NCBI GenBank assembly: GCA_951406725.2
Contig: OX597823.1
Span: 58,156,001-58,220,000, forward strand
Length of the DNA stretch: 64,000 nt
Origin: Octopus vulgaris
Lineage: Eukaryota
Direction: 5' to 3'
A program made the translations under genes and the position numbers. A model generated the notes under the pieces. That model was not told the DNA's origin. It searched no databases and saw nothing but the letters and a program-made list of their open reading frames with translations. Positions 1 to 12,470 of the stretch are shown here, in pieces (within the stretch, counting starts at the first letter, position 1; the number at the start of each line of letters is the position of its first letter).

Positions 1-161
1 TATGTATATCTATATATATATATATATAATTAATATAATTTATGCTAATTGTTTTTTAACAAATTCCCATTTTCATTCCTTGTCAGTTAGAATTGGATGC
101 ACGCGGACTTATGCGTGATAATAAAACAAAAACACGATGAGTAAAATCACTCTCCATCAAG

Positions 162-542
162 ATGGCTTCTGAAAAAACACGGAAAGTACCGGATGAAAAT
201 AGGACATTTCATGAACGTTGGGAAGATAGCTACTTTGTAATCCAGAGTCAAGCAAATGCAAGTGGGAAATGCCAGATTCAGATAATATCTGTTCTCAAAG
301 AGTACAATATCAAGTGGAACTACAATTCACAGCATAAACACTTTGATAAGTTCGAAGGCAAATTAAGATTTGATAAACTTTGTCAACTGAAATCATTTCT
401 ATCACAACAGAAACATGCTTTCAACAAAGGGCACAGATCGTCAGAAGATGTAAAAAAAAACGGCAACATTGTCAGTCGAATGATTGCAAAGACATCACAC
501 CCGTTTACTGAAGGTCAATTATTTCCTTTTGTGAAAACTTAG
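162..542 (+). pseudogene. hAT-superfamily (SPIN/Buster, GTF2IRD2-like) transposase N-terminal fragment
   Basis: Translation RKVPDENRTFHERWEDSYF...VLKEYNIKWNYNSQH...SRMIAKTSHPFTEG resembles the KRKVD.E.R.F...W...YF / VLKEYN..RHY..H / IAK...PFT.GE pattern of this family; truncated at a SINE. Confidence 0.75.
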
Positions 543-766
543 TAAACGGAAACTGTGAAGAAGCCCGTCCTATATGTGAATATATCTGTATGTTTGTGTT
601 TCTGTTGAATTTGTCCCCCACTGCCTTGATAATCAGTGTTTGTTTATTTCGTATAGCAGTTCGCCAAAAACCAACAATAAAATCAATACTGGATTCGACT
701 TGTTCGACTTAACCTTTTGGCGTGGTACCCCAGTATTTCCGAAGTACAATGAATGAAATAAGAGAA
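543..766 (+). mobile_element. SINE family B, degenerate 3' two-thirds
   Basis: acggaaactgtgaagaagcccgtc ... tttgtccccc ... matches the full copy at 12471-12876. Confidence 0.7.
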
Positions 767-801
767 TGTTGAGGCAATAGACATATATCAATTAGCTGGT
801 A

Positions 802-927
802 GAGGTCGACTTTGCCCTTTATCCTTTCGGGGTCGGTAAAATAAGCACCAGCTGAGTAGTGGTCAGTGTAATCGACTCATCCCCTCACCCACATTTCAGG
901 CCTTGTACTTATAGTAGAAAAAGATTA
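802..927 (+). mobile_element. SINE family A, 3' half
   Basis: gaggtcgactttgccctttatcctttcggggtcggtaaaataagcaccag...aatcgact, the core shared by many copies in the window. Confidence 0.8.
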
Positions 928-947
928 TAACTGATCATAAAAACAAA

Positions 948-1153
948 CAGCTGTAGAAATGAGTTGCGACGTCAAAGGTGCCATGCTGTATCTGCTGTTG
1001 CCTTTCCCTTGGATAACACTGGTGGCGTGGAGAGGGGGGCTGGTATGCATGGGCGACTGCTGGCCTTCCGTAAACAACCTTGCCCGGACTTGTGTCTGGG
1101 AGAGTAACTTTCTAGGTGCAATCCCACGGTCAGTCATGACCGAAGGGGGACTC
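948..1153 (+). mobile_element. SINE family C, tail type 2
   Basis: cagctgtagaaatgagttgcgacgtc...gtcatgaccgaaggggg; reverse complement of part of 34407-34725. Confidence 0.8.
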
Positions 1154-2075
1154 AATAAAAACAAACAGTAATATAAAATAAGTTATATATCTATATTTAT
1201 ATATACACATTCACATGCACACACACATACGGACACACCCACCCAGGAATACATATACCCGTATACATAAACATATATAATTACGCATGTGTCCATATGC
1301 AGATACGCACAAACTCGCGTGTTCACATGTAGTAAAAGATTGTAACCCCATTATTAAAATGTTATTAATCGATTACGGTTATTTCAAAAAAAATTTTTTT
1401 CGTCCTAAAACGATTATATTAAGCGACTTCAACCACCCATCTGCTTCTCTATCTGTCTATATATCTACATCTATTTGTGCACGTGCGTTGGTACATGAGT
1501 GTGTGGATGCACATAAAAATCCATTATCATACACATACCCAATAAATATCCACGTGACACACGAACACTCAACGCATACGTATGTGTATATGTGTGTGTA
1601 TTATATACATATATATATATATGTGTGTGTGTGTATGTGTGTGTATGTGTGTGTATGTGTGTGTGCATGTGTGTGTGTATTATATACCTATATATATATA
1701 TGTGTGTGTGTATCATATACTTCTATACATATATAATTATATTTATTATATATATATTATATATTTTATATATAATACATATATACCTCCAATTGTTTAT
1801 ATATAAAGTGTGTTTGAGTGTGTTTAATATATGACTCTTTGAGCACTTCTCCTATCCTTGCATCCCTTACTCTCCCTTCCTCTCCTTTTCTCTTTCTCTC
1901 TATTAGCTTGACAAATAAAAAAAAAGAGAGAGATACGAAAGAGGAACGGATAGAGAGAAAGGGCACGGTAAGAGCCCTTACAAATGATCTGACACAAATA
2001 AGTATTAACAACTAGGAGCTAGACTTCGCTTAAACAAATAAATCGTTTGACTAATCCGTTTGATTAGTTCTGGGG

Positions 2076-2079
2076 AATA

Positions 2080-2158
<79 letters not shown>

Positions 2159-2218
2159 GGATAATGATAATAATAATAAGGATAATGATAATAAAAATAA
2201 GGATAATGATAATAATAA
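2076..2218. repeat. (AAT)n microsatellite
   Basis: Direct reading. Confidence 0.95.
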
Positions 2219-3184
2219 AATTTGTCTTTTAGCTCTATTAATGGAGTCTTTTCTCTTTAAAATAACAACATAAATAAAACGGGAAAGAAGAAAAAAATCT
2301 GTATATCGTCATTGAAAATAGCAGCAGCGCGGAACAGCATCCACATTCATGTACAATCTAATGAATCAATGAGACTTGCATGGCTCAAGCTCTTTCTTGT
2401 GTAGTACCTCCTCTTTACTCTAGTTTGCTTCTGGATACACACACCATGACAAACAAATCTTAAGAGAAACAGGCTATGTTTAAATCTATAATACCGTAAA
2501 AATCTCCGCTTATCCGTAATGTTGTTTTTAGAACCGTTTTGATGCAAAGAAAGAAAAAAAAAACAACAACAACAACAAGAAAACGGACTAAAATAAAACA
2601 ATAAACAAACATACCGATGAAAAGAGGAATAAAGACAAAACAAAAAAAAAATAATAATGATAAATAACAAAGACAAATCTCTTTATCTTTTTATACAAGA
2701 CTGGCTAAAAATTGCTGTAAATAGTACAATACAAGGATTTTTTTTCTTATCTCACTCAAGAACGCTAAAACATAAAAATGAATATTAAAGAAAATCAAAA
2801 AAACCTAAAATATATTTTGCTTTTTTATTTTATATTTTATTTTTATATATATTTATACAAATTTCTATACTTTTGTTAATATTTTTAGTTTTATTCGTTT
2901 TAAACTCTTGTTTTTATTTACTGTTTTATTTTTATTTTTTATATTTTCAGAATTTACTTGTTTTTAATATTTTTTTCTTTCTATTTTCTTTTATTGTCAT
3001 GTTAGAATATTCTGTGGTAAAATGTCTTACATATTTCTTTCTTAATGTCGAATGAAAATAGTTTTGGTTGGTTCCGTTTTGTCAACAAGATAGCATCGTA
3101 CGCTGTAAACAAATATTGATCTCTTGCTGCCATTAGTTAATTACCAAAAGTCTTGGATGCACATTACTGCTACACACACGCACA

Positions 3185-3218
<34 letters not shown>

Positions 3219-5151
3219 CACAAGCTCGCATACATACGTACAATATCTCTCGATACATCACCGAAAACTCACTCAATCAACTGGACTGGCTTATCATCTC
3301 AAACTACATGAAATATTTCCTTAAAGATTCCCAGACTGTAAAAATAAACATAATCCATTAAAAAGGAATCAGAGCCCTTATATGTATGAATGAATGATTG
3401 ATTGATTGATTTGTTAAATGGAATTGATCCCATCCTTTATCAGATTTTACAACGAATATTCCTGTACAAATGTCTGAAAGTCAATCTTAAAACAATGTAA
3501 AATATCATATTGACAAGGATCTAAACATGATAAAATAGTTGTCTGGTGTCGTGAACCACAAACAAATAAAAGCAATATACTTCCTGTCTGTTTGCTATTG
3601 GACTATCGTTAAACAAAATGACGGTTGCTAAAATTCTCAATCAGACGACAGCAAGTTTCATATGAAATTGAATGATTGATTGACTGATCTGATGACGTCC
3701 TCCTATCAGTTTTTTTTATATCATTTGTCGAATTGGATTGGGTTGGGTGTGTGGACTTGTTTCTTCAACCAATCTTTACATTTTATATGACCCACTAAAG
3801 AATTTGAATTCGTTGTTATATCAAATCTGAAATCGTAGTTTAATAGCGTTAATCCTTTCATCAATCACTGTAATCTATGGGGTCAGTATTATCTTAGTTT
3901 CTCTTTCGTAATGTGGATGATAAACTAACCTCTCGTTTAAATAGAAAGCCTAATCTATTAGAAAAAAATCTCACCAAAAGCCGTAGAAGAAATTCGACCA
4001 TATCTATCCAAACGTATTACTACAAGACAACTAACTAAATAATAATCATTTCGGAGTCTGATAGAATATCTTGCTGTATTGTATCCGACAATCGGCACTC
4101 TGGGTTCAAATCCACCGAGGTCATCTTTGCCTTCTTTTCGGGATCGATAAAAATGTTCTAATTCATTGCAAAGGAATGAAAGGAATTGTTAAAGCGTAAA
4201 ACGGAATGCCCTCTACTTGCTATATCGACCCCAAAATGATGAAAAACAATTTAATCCGTCAGTTTTATTTTTCTACCCTATACTACCATTCATAATCGAT
4301 ATTATTATTCTATTACAGACTACGTATGTAATCCCTAGCTACGGAATGAAATCGAAAAGATCATATTCACCCGTTGGAATGACGATGACCGTCTGTCTAA
4401 AGGAAAAAAGAGTTGCGCACCGCCAGCCTCACTCTTCTCTCGTGTGTAATCACACCTCGTCTGTGCTCTGTTGCAAGACCAGGTTGGTGACGACTGGGGA
4501 TGGACACGGACGCGCTGGATGACCAAAATGTCTTACTTGCCTAATCTTGCTCTCTGTATTCCAAACTGCGTTGCTTCAACCACCTTCCTCTTCGTTGAAC
4601 CACATAGGCTTCTTCTGCAGAATCTGCGGGATTCAGTCTTCACAAGCATAGGTAGGCAAGCTCTAATATTCTTAACTCATAACTCAAACCCTGAGAGATC
4701 CTACTACTCCGGGCCAGAATAGAACTGGGAGCAATAGTGACTAACAGAGGGTTCCACACACCTCAAAAAACTTGGAAATCTCGAATCAGAACTCCACTCT
4801 CGGATATAGTTTAAAGACATACCCAAGACGCGATCCAAAAGATAATCTATTAAACACACAACATTTACACTATTTACATTATTCATAAGACACGTGAGTG
4901 AAAACCTATGAAACGAAATCAAAGAGTGGCTTCAAGTCCATTCACGTATACTTCCCTGTAATATACAATTAAGGATATAATACAACGCATTAAATTTATC
5001 AAAACTTTACTAACGTTGATACCTAGGCAACACAATCTTATAAATTGACCATGACTTTGATTTCATTCCATACTTAAGATTATCTAAAGCATCTTCTATA
5101 TGGCACATTCTTTAATGATGTGTTTATTTTTTCAATCATTTTAATCATGTA

Positions 5152-5612
5152 AGGCGGAGAGCTGGCAGAAACGTAAGCAAACCGGGCGAAATGCTTAGCG
5201 GTATTTCGTCTGTCTTTACGTTCTGAGTTCAAATTCCGCCGAGGTCAAATTTACCTTTCATCCTTTCGGTCTCAATAAATTAAGTACCAGTTGTGTACTG
5301 GGGTAGATCTAATCGATTGGCACACCTTCCCAAAAATTTTGGGCCTTGTGCCTATAGAAGAAAAGAATAATTTTAATCATGTGCAATTTTATATTGTTTG
5401 AATTTGCTAGTAGAATAGTTACCGCACCGGGCAAAAGTCTTAGTGGCATTTCTTCTGGCTTTACGTTCTGAGTTCAAATGCTACCGAGGTCGAAATTGTC
5501 TTTCATCGTTTCAGGGTCGATAAAAGAAGTACCAGTTGAACACTGGGGTCCATGTAATCGATTTGGGCTCTCTCTTCTACTTACAGCTCTTGTGCCTAAA
5601 TTTGAAAATATT
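5152..5612 (+). mobile_element. Two adjacent SINE family A copies (about 5152-5368 and 5405-5612)
   Basis: tRNA-like head ggcggagagctggcagaa (box A-like) and gagttcaaattcc (box B), followed by the family core. Confidence 0.85.
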
Positions 5613-5660
5613 TGTTATTGTCATCATCATCATCATTGTTATTATTATTATAATTATTAC

Positions 5661-5712
<52 letters not shown>

Positions 5713-6249
5713 GGGAGAGCAGTGCATGCCATAAAAATGACACTTGAGTAAAATATATGAAGCCCAAATGTACACATCATGATTACTCGTCTGATAAAGG
5801 TACATCGAGCACATGTATCACAAAGCGTGTGTGCGTGACTTGGTGATCTCATATCAAGATAAACAGCGCATGACCTTGCCGGTGGGGGCTCAGCTAGAAT
5901 TTTCCTCAGGTCGAGTAGCCCATCCCACTCAAAAGGTCCCTGAATAAGGGTTGTTTAAAGATGTTGAAGCAAACACCTCTGCTTCCAGAGGCGAATTATT
6001 CAAATCTCAAAGAATTCCTTTCAACACATGGCTACTACTTCTGCTCATGATCAGAGATGCATATATCGTCAGCCATCAAGGGACATGCTCAAGTGGTTAT
6101 AGTTAAGCAACTGACAAACAAATTTGTGGTATTGAGCAGAATTTTTCTGTAACCCATCTTTTACACTAAAAAGAAAAGAATACTTGATAAAACTTTCAAT
6201 CAGTTAAGATGAGAAGCCATGAGAACCACTGTCTGGTATTAAACTGGAC

Positions 6250-6252
<3 letters not shown>
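5713..6252 (-). mobile_element. Unclassified non-coding insert bounded by (ATT)n tracts, probably a (TAA)n-targeted retroposon
   Basis: About 540 bp of complex sequence with pure (ATT)n on both sides; no recognisable ORF; strand inferred from tract polarity. Confidence 0.4.
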
Positions 6253-6312
<60 letters not shown>

Positions 6313-6314
6313 CA

Positions 6315-6352
<38 letters not shown>

Positions 6353-6353
<1 letters not shown>

Positions 6354-6732
6354 CGGCGAGCTGGCAGACTCGTTAGTACGCCGGGCGAAATGCTCAGCGG
6401 TATTTCGTCTGCCGCTACGTTCTGAGTTCAAATTCCGCCGAGGTCGGCTTTGCTTTTCATCCTATTGGGGTCGATTAAATAATTACCAGTTACGCACTGG
6501 GGTCGATATAATCGACTTAATCCGTTTGTCTGTCCTCGTTTTTCCTCTCTGTGTTTAGCCCCTTTTGGGTAGTAAAGAAATAGGTATTTCGCCCATTGCT
6601 ACGTTCTGAGGTCGACTTTGCTTTTCATCCTTTCGGGGTCGAAAAATGAAGTACCAGTGAAACATTGGCGTCAATGTAATCGACAATCCCCTCCCCCAAA
6701 ATGGCTGCTCTTGTGGCAAAATTTGAAACCAG
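6353..6732 (+). mobile_element. SINE family A, dimeric form (184-bp unit 6399-6582 plus a second body)
   Basis: Head, core and long tail, then a restart at ggtatttcg (6583). Confidence 0.85.
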
Positions 6733-6734
6733 TT

Positions 6735-6789
6735 TTATTATTATTGTTGTTGTTATTATTATTAATATTATTATTATTATTATTATTAT

Positions 6790-6822
<33 letters not shown>

Positions 6823-6892
6823 CAGCAGTAGTAGTAGTAGTAGCAGTAAAAGTAGTAGTAGTTGTTGTTGTTGTAGTAGTGGTAGCAGCAGC

Positions 6893-6938
<46 letters not shown>

Positions 6939-6939
6939 A

Positions 6940-7012
<73 letters not shown>
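6735..7012. repeat. (ATT)n/(AGT)n compound microsatellite
   Basis: Direct reading; explains the poly-V/S/T/L ORFs. Confidence 0.95.
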
Positions 7013-7013
<1 letters not shown>

Positions 7014-7401
7014 AGAGGAGGAGCAACAGCAGCAGTTTGCACTGGTTCGTTACAATGGTACAAATTTCAATATCTTGGCGAGCATTAAAAGTGCATCATA
7101 TCAAAGCTCTACTCATTGTCGGGTACTTTAACTTAGCATTCCATGCTTAACCACACTATTATCACTGATGCAATGCTACATTGTTTATGGTGATGTATAT
7201 CCACATCACTGTAACGTATTTATACAGTGAAGCATAGCTACACACTATACATATTCACGTATTGACTTAGAGTTAACACAGAATACTTTAAATTTTCGTC
7301 CACCCTATAATAAATTGCAGTTAACTTTCCTTCTTACGCCTTCTCCCCATACCCTCAACCATCCGAAATGCCGAACACCCAGGATAACAGAATCATAAAA
7401 T

Positions 7402-7636
7402 ACCTATTTCTTTACTACCCACAAGGGGTTAAACACAGAGAGAACAAACAAGGACAGACAAACGGATTAAGTCGATTAGATCGACCCCAGTGCGTAACTG
7501 GTACTTAATTTATCGACCCCGAAAGGATGAAAGGCAAAGTCGACCTCGGCGGAATTTGAACTCAGAACGTAACGGCATGCGAAATACCGCTAGACATTTC
7601 GCCCGCGCGCTAACGTTTCTGCCAGCTCGCCACCTT
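7402..7636 (-). mobile_element. SINE family A, full-length, with target-site duplication
   Basis: Reverse complement of the family sequence; aatcataaaat(a/g)cc at 7391-7404 and 7637-7650. Confidence 0.9.
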
Positions 7637-7649
7637 AATCATAAAATGC

Positions 7650-7970
7650 CGGTACTCCCTCGGTTACGTCGGCACTTGTTCCAGGTGATTCGATCAATGG
7701 AACAGCCTGATTATGAAATTAACTTGCAAGTAGCGGCGCACACCACAGGCGCACGTACTCTTATTGTAGTTCTCAGGGAGATTCAGCGTGACACACGATG
7801 TGATAAGACTGACCCTTTGAAATACAGGTACTACTCACTTTTACCAGTTGAATGGACTGGAGCATCATGAAATAAAGTGTCTTGCTCAAGGATACAGCGC
7901 AACGTTAGGTATCGAACTCACGACCTTACGATCGTGAACAGAATATCCGAACCACTAAGCCACGCGCCTT
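7650..7970 (-). mobile_element. SINE family C (CORE-like middle), tail type 1
   Basis: Minus strand reads ggcgcgtggcttagtggtt (box A) ... gagttcgatacc (box B) ... tccttgagcaagacacttt. Confidence 0.85.
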
Positions 7971-8055
7971 CGTTGCATGAGATGTCTCTGATACTCTAGT
8001 ATCTACCAGTTCACTCATACAGTTGTATAATTTAACCACTACAGCATACGCTCAC

Positions 8056-8126
8056 GGGCATATGGCGTAGTGATTAAGAGAGTGGGCTACTAAACCCAAG
8101 ATTTCGAGTTCGATTCCAGGCAGTGA

Positions 8127-8130
<4 letters not shown>
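8056..8130 (+). mobile_element. tRNA-derived SINE head (fourth family)
   Basis: Box A-like tggcgtagtga 8063-8073 and box B gttcgattcc 8108-8117, followed by (AAT)n. Confidence 0.75.
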
Positions 8131-8163
<33 letters not shown>

Positions 8164-8164
<1 letters not shown>

Positions 8165-8550
8165 GAAATCAGCAAAATGTGGAAGCTGAAGACTAAAACA
8201 ATACCTGTTGTCATAGGTGCCCTGGGAATGATAGCGAAAGGGACTGATTGCTACCTAACTCAGATACCAGGAAACCCCAAAATGGCAGAAATTCAAAAGA
8301 GCTCATAGGAACTGCTCATATGCTACGCAAAATACTCTCTATGTAATCCCAAGATTTAAAACAAACTTTTTATTTTATTTTTTTTTTTTTTAAATTTTAT
8401 TTTTATGTATTAGACATTCACTAATACAACACCAAACCCCCCCCCCAAAAAAAAAATATATGGCACAACTTCCAACATGTTGTCTCTTGAGGTCTCTGGG
8501 TGAGACTTGGAGCCAACTTGTACAGACATAAAGCAAAAGTCAAACATAGA
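8164..8550 (+). mobile_element. R4/Dong-type RLE LINE, 5'-truncated 3' end
   Basis: Translates EISKMWKLKTKTIPVVIGALGMIAKG...IPGNP...IGTAHMLRKILSM*, then 3' UTR; flanked by (AAT)n; homologous to the C-terminus of ORF 44340-45212. Confidence 0.85.
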
Positions 8551-8570
8551 ATAATAATAATAATAATAAT

Positions 8571-9295
8571 TCTGTAACAATGAGATTGAAACTATTGAAC
8601 ACCTAATCTCACGGTGTAGACTCTTAGCACCTGCAGAATATAAAGCAAGACATGACAGAGGCGGCTAGTAAATTACACTGGACAATATGTGGCATTATAA
8701 AATCAAAAAAGCAGACAAATGGTATAAACACCATCATGAAGTTGTGACTGAGGGGGAAATGTGATGATTCTCTGGGACTTCCCCGTACATACCAACAAAA
8801 CTATAAAGGCTAATAAACCGGATATTATTATAAAAGATCAGACAAAAAAGGTGTGTTTATTAATGAGTATTCCTTGCGATCACAATCTACGGCGAAAGAA
8901 TTTGACAAGATCAGTAAATATAAAGACTTGCTTATAGAAATTGAAAAAATGTGGCATCTCAAGGCGTCTACGATACCAGTGATTGTAGGATCTTTAGGAA
9001 TGATAAAAAAAAAGGTACTAAAACTTATTTGAAAATGATACCAGGCTTACCATCCCTACAGGAAGTGCAAAAAAATCGTGTTAACTGGAACGGCTCATAC
9101 ATTGCGAAGAGCATTATCGCTGTGAAAACAACATACATTCATGAATTTATTTATTTATTTATTTATTAAATACATATTTTACCTGTGAATTTGCGTGTGT
9201 AATCTGGGAATGCATACAATAAGCTTCTCTGCCCTAGGTGTACGGAAACACGCGGCGAGAAACGGGAAAAACATCGAAGAAAGAAGGAAAAAAAT
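8571..9295 (+). mobile_element. R4/Dong-type RLE LINE, degenerate 3' fragment
   Basis: CNNEIETIEHLISRC..LAPAEYKARHDR, ILWDFPVHT, ANKPDII and KYKDLLIEIEKMWHLK with frameshifts; closely parallels 44655-45385; flanked by (AAT)n. Confidence 0.9.
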
Positions 9296-9318
9296 TAATA
9301 ATAATAATAATAATTATA

Positions 9319-9378
<60 letters not shown>

Positions 9379-9448
9379 ACAACAGCAACAACAACAACAA
9401 CAATGAAAAATACCTTAGGAATGAGAACCCAGGTTCGCAATTTCCCCA

Positions 9449-9496
9449 AGACACCTGATGAAGGCTGGAGGGTATATCAGCCGAAAAGTTGTATTA
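9449..9496 (+). ncRNA. Minimal hammerhead-ribozyme-like motif (degenerate copy)
   Basis: gacac-CTGATGA(9455-61)-a-ggctg/cagcc stem II-GAAA(9483-86)-agtt-gtatt; helix III and helix I are imperfect. Confidence 0.55.
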
Positions 9497-10260
9497 ACAA
9501 CAAAGAAGATGAGTACAAATATCCGTCAATTGTAATTGATGTCAATAATGTACAGTTCAGTCATATATGCATCTGAGGCTACCTACCAGCAATAAATTTA
9601 TATATTTGCACACAGGTAAAAATGTGTTTTTTTTTCTTTACATTCAAGTAGAGATGGATGGTGGAGATGTAGTAGTCTCGAACAATGGAATAAATAAGGC
9701 CCTATACTTCTACGAATGTCAATTTGAAAATCTCCCTCAACAAAGCCAGATGCGATTTCACTTGTAATACAATGGGAATATCTGTACAACGTCAAATAAC
9801 GTAGTATCTACATACATACCTTGGAGGAGGTGCCTGTTATTAGCCACTCTGTAATTCCCAGTATCACAGATGAAGAGATTAAAATAAAGTAAACCAACAA
9901 TGGAGACTTCATTTGGTCAAACGTCACATTGTTAGAATTTGTAGCATATTAATTCACTTTGGCATCAAATCCTTAGCCGCTTCTTCGATAGTTTGCAATA
10001 TGAAGGTCATTGTCATTTTGTATTCTCCCTAAGGCTGCGCATTCCAGTGCCAGAATAAGCAGGTTCACTAGATGAGGTTAACATATTTGCTGTTCAGTCA
10101 GATGGTTGTTAATTAGAGGAAATTTCATTCAAATGTCTTGGAATCTCAAAACTATGGTAATTATTCCATTGAAAGAGGTTATGCTGTTGATGAAGCCTGC
10201 AGTTAGGAAATGTATCGGGATGTCACACGTTAATAGAGAATGAGGACTCTGTGTTTGTGT

Positions 10261-10305
<45 letters not shown>

Positions 10306-11905
10306 GAGGGAAGAGATAGGGAAGAATGAATTAAAGAGAATAGAATGGCGTGCAAAAGTACATCTTTCGCACATCAGTCGGCCACTTGACAGCCCACGTA
10401 TACTTACTCATATACAGACATATAGATGTACATTCACACATCTATGTATGTATGTATGTATGTATGTATCTACGCATGCATCTATGTATGTATGCATGTA
10501 TGTATGTATGTATGTATGACATACACGCATGTGCACGTGTTTACATTTGCAAATACCTCTTTCTATTTAAATATTTCTTAATTAGTCTTGAAATCCTTCA
10601 GGCATAAGGAACTTTTAAGTTTTGAACCTCACCGTACGCACACGCTCGAGCACGCTCACACACACACACACACACACAAACACACATGCACAGACACATC
10701 ATAACAAAAAGAAAACATGCGCGCATGTACCTACACACACATGTATATACACACCCAACAGGCTGTACAAACGGGAAACAAACCTACCAAATGCTGACTG
10801 AATTTGATTTAGTGGACGTTGAGCATTCACCGGACTGTTACTCCGAGTTATTCTTCAATATATGTTCGTCCTGGTGAGAAAGAAAATTTATTATATTTGA
10901 CGCTTGAATATAGATATTCAACTCTGGACGCAAAACAGGCATGTGTATGTGTGTTATTACTGTTGTTATTGTGTGACCTCAGACCAGTCTTGCTGGAACG
11001 GCCGTACAGCATTCAGGCAGCTGTAGTGTGTGTGCATGAGAATACATGAGTATGCATGCGCATGCACACGGTTTCGGTCATTTGGTTTTGCTGTTCTTAT
11101 TAAACAAGTGTTGATTATACATACTAGCAGTACCGGTGGTAATTTGCACAAGGTTATCAGAAGTTTATACACAATCATAAAATACGTTTTTTTCTTCTGC
11201 AATCCTATTTTTGTCTGAAGTATTTAATACCTACGATTGTGAAAACATTCAGTAGTACAAAAGTTGCAATCAGAGAAGAATACAGATTTGAAAAATATAT
11301 TTTGATTAAATAATGTTCTACGCATTTATATCTGACATGTTTGTGTACACTCATGTGAGGTGTTGCTGTCGCTGCAGTAAATGTCACAGACGTAAACACC
11401 CCACTGTTCTGAAACAATGTGTATGAAAACACGCCGAAATAGGCTACAAAAATATCTGCCCTTCAGTCATCGAGCTGTAGGGCAGGTGTTTCTCTGCTTC
11501 GTTATTCTTCATCAGTAACAAACGCTGAATCTCTTGTCCTTATCCTACGAAGAACCGCTGTGCTTATTATGTAAATAACAAACAATAAATTTGCTGACGT
11601 GTGCGAAGTCTTGGTAAGCTGAAATTAATTAACTTCACCGTAAGCGCCGTTGATTAAAATAAAGTTGTGTACATTTATGTGTAACTCACATTGACAACTG
11701 TCTCTTCTGAAAAATTTGTCGCATCGCAGTTCATTTGAGTGTACAAGAAAATGTTAGATAATTATGCTAGATACCAAATACATTTTTATAAAACAAATTT
11801 GAATAATTAATAATAATAAAGGGAGGTTAACATACATACATACATACATACATACATACATACATACATGCATACATAATTGAGTACAAAAGCAGTTTGA
11901 TTCCT

Positions 11906-12128
11906 ATCAGCTGCCCATAAGATGTGAACATAGTCAAACTGAGAAGAAATCTGCAGTAATCCAATACGGATTATAATTTTAGATTTCTGCCAATAATTAT
12001 AGGAGCTTCGAGTATCAAGCTCAGTAAGCTAGGTTTCACCGAATCAGGGAGAACACGCTTAATCAGAAGATCCCAGCTATAAGCTGTTAAAGGTACTGTT
12101 AAGATATGTAGAACATTCACAATAGTTA
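11906..12128 (+). pseudogene. Old RLE-type LINE C-terminal remnant
   Basis: Reads ISCP*DVNI, RNLQ, YNFRFLPIIIGA..KLGF....LIRRSQL*AVKGTVKICRTF, the PIIIGA / GTxxI end motif of RLE LINEs. Confidence 0.55.
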
Positions 12129-12470
12129 GCATGTGATAAACTCCACATATGCGTAACCCATCTTGTCTATACCCATGTATGCCCATGCGTATACATATGT
12201 TTACACATATGTATACGCATGCAAGCGTGGTGTTTTATGAAACGATGAAAATAAAATCGATCTCGGCAGAATTTAAGCTCAGAACGGAAGGCCAAAAATC
12301 GTATATGCATATACATACATACCAACATTTATATACACATGCTTAGATGTACGAACACAACATGTTGATTTAGTTCAAATGCAATAGTGTTGTTTATAGG
12401 CTAGGAATCGGAACTTTTCCTCATTGATGAAGAATTTGAGACAAAAAATAACAGCAAGACAACATATATA

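Noticed and set aside
4430-4835. Possible RTE-like LINE end and repeat tail
   Set aside because: Resemblance from memory only; single degenerate copy in the window.
7490-7870. Recurrent peptide MRNWYLIYRPRKDERQSRPRRNLNSER (also at 28505, 55895, 60198, 62043)
   Set aside because: Antisense reading of SINE family A, not a gene family.
11480-11520. Minus-strand CTGATGA...GAAACACCTGCC hammerhead-like text
   Set aside because: No helix II or helix I pairing and no UH cleavage site.
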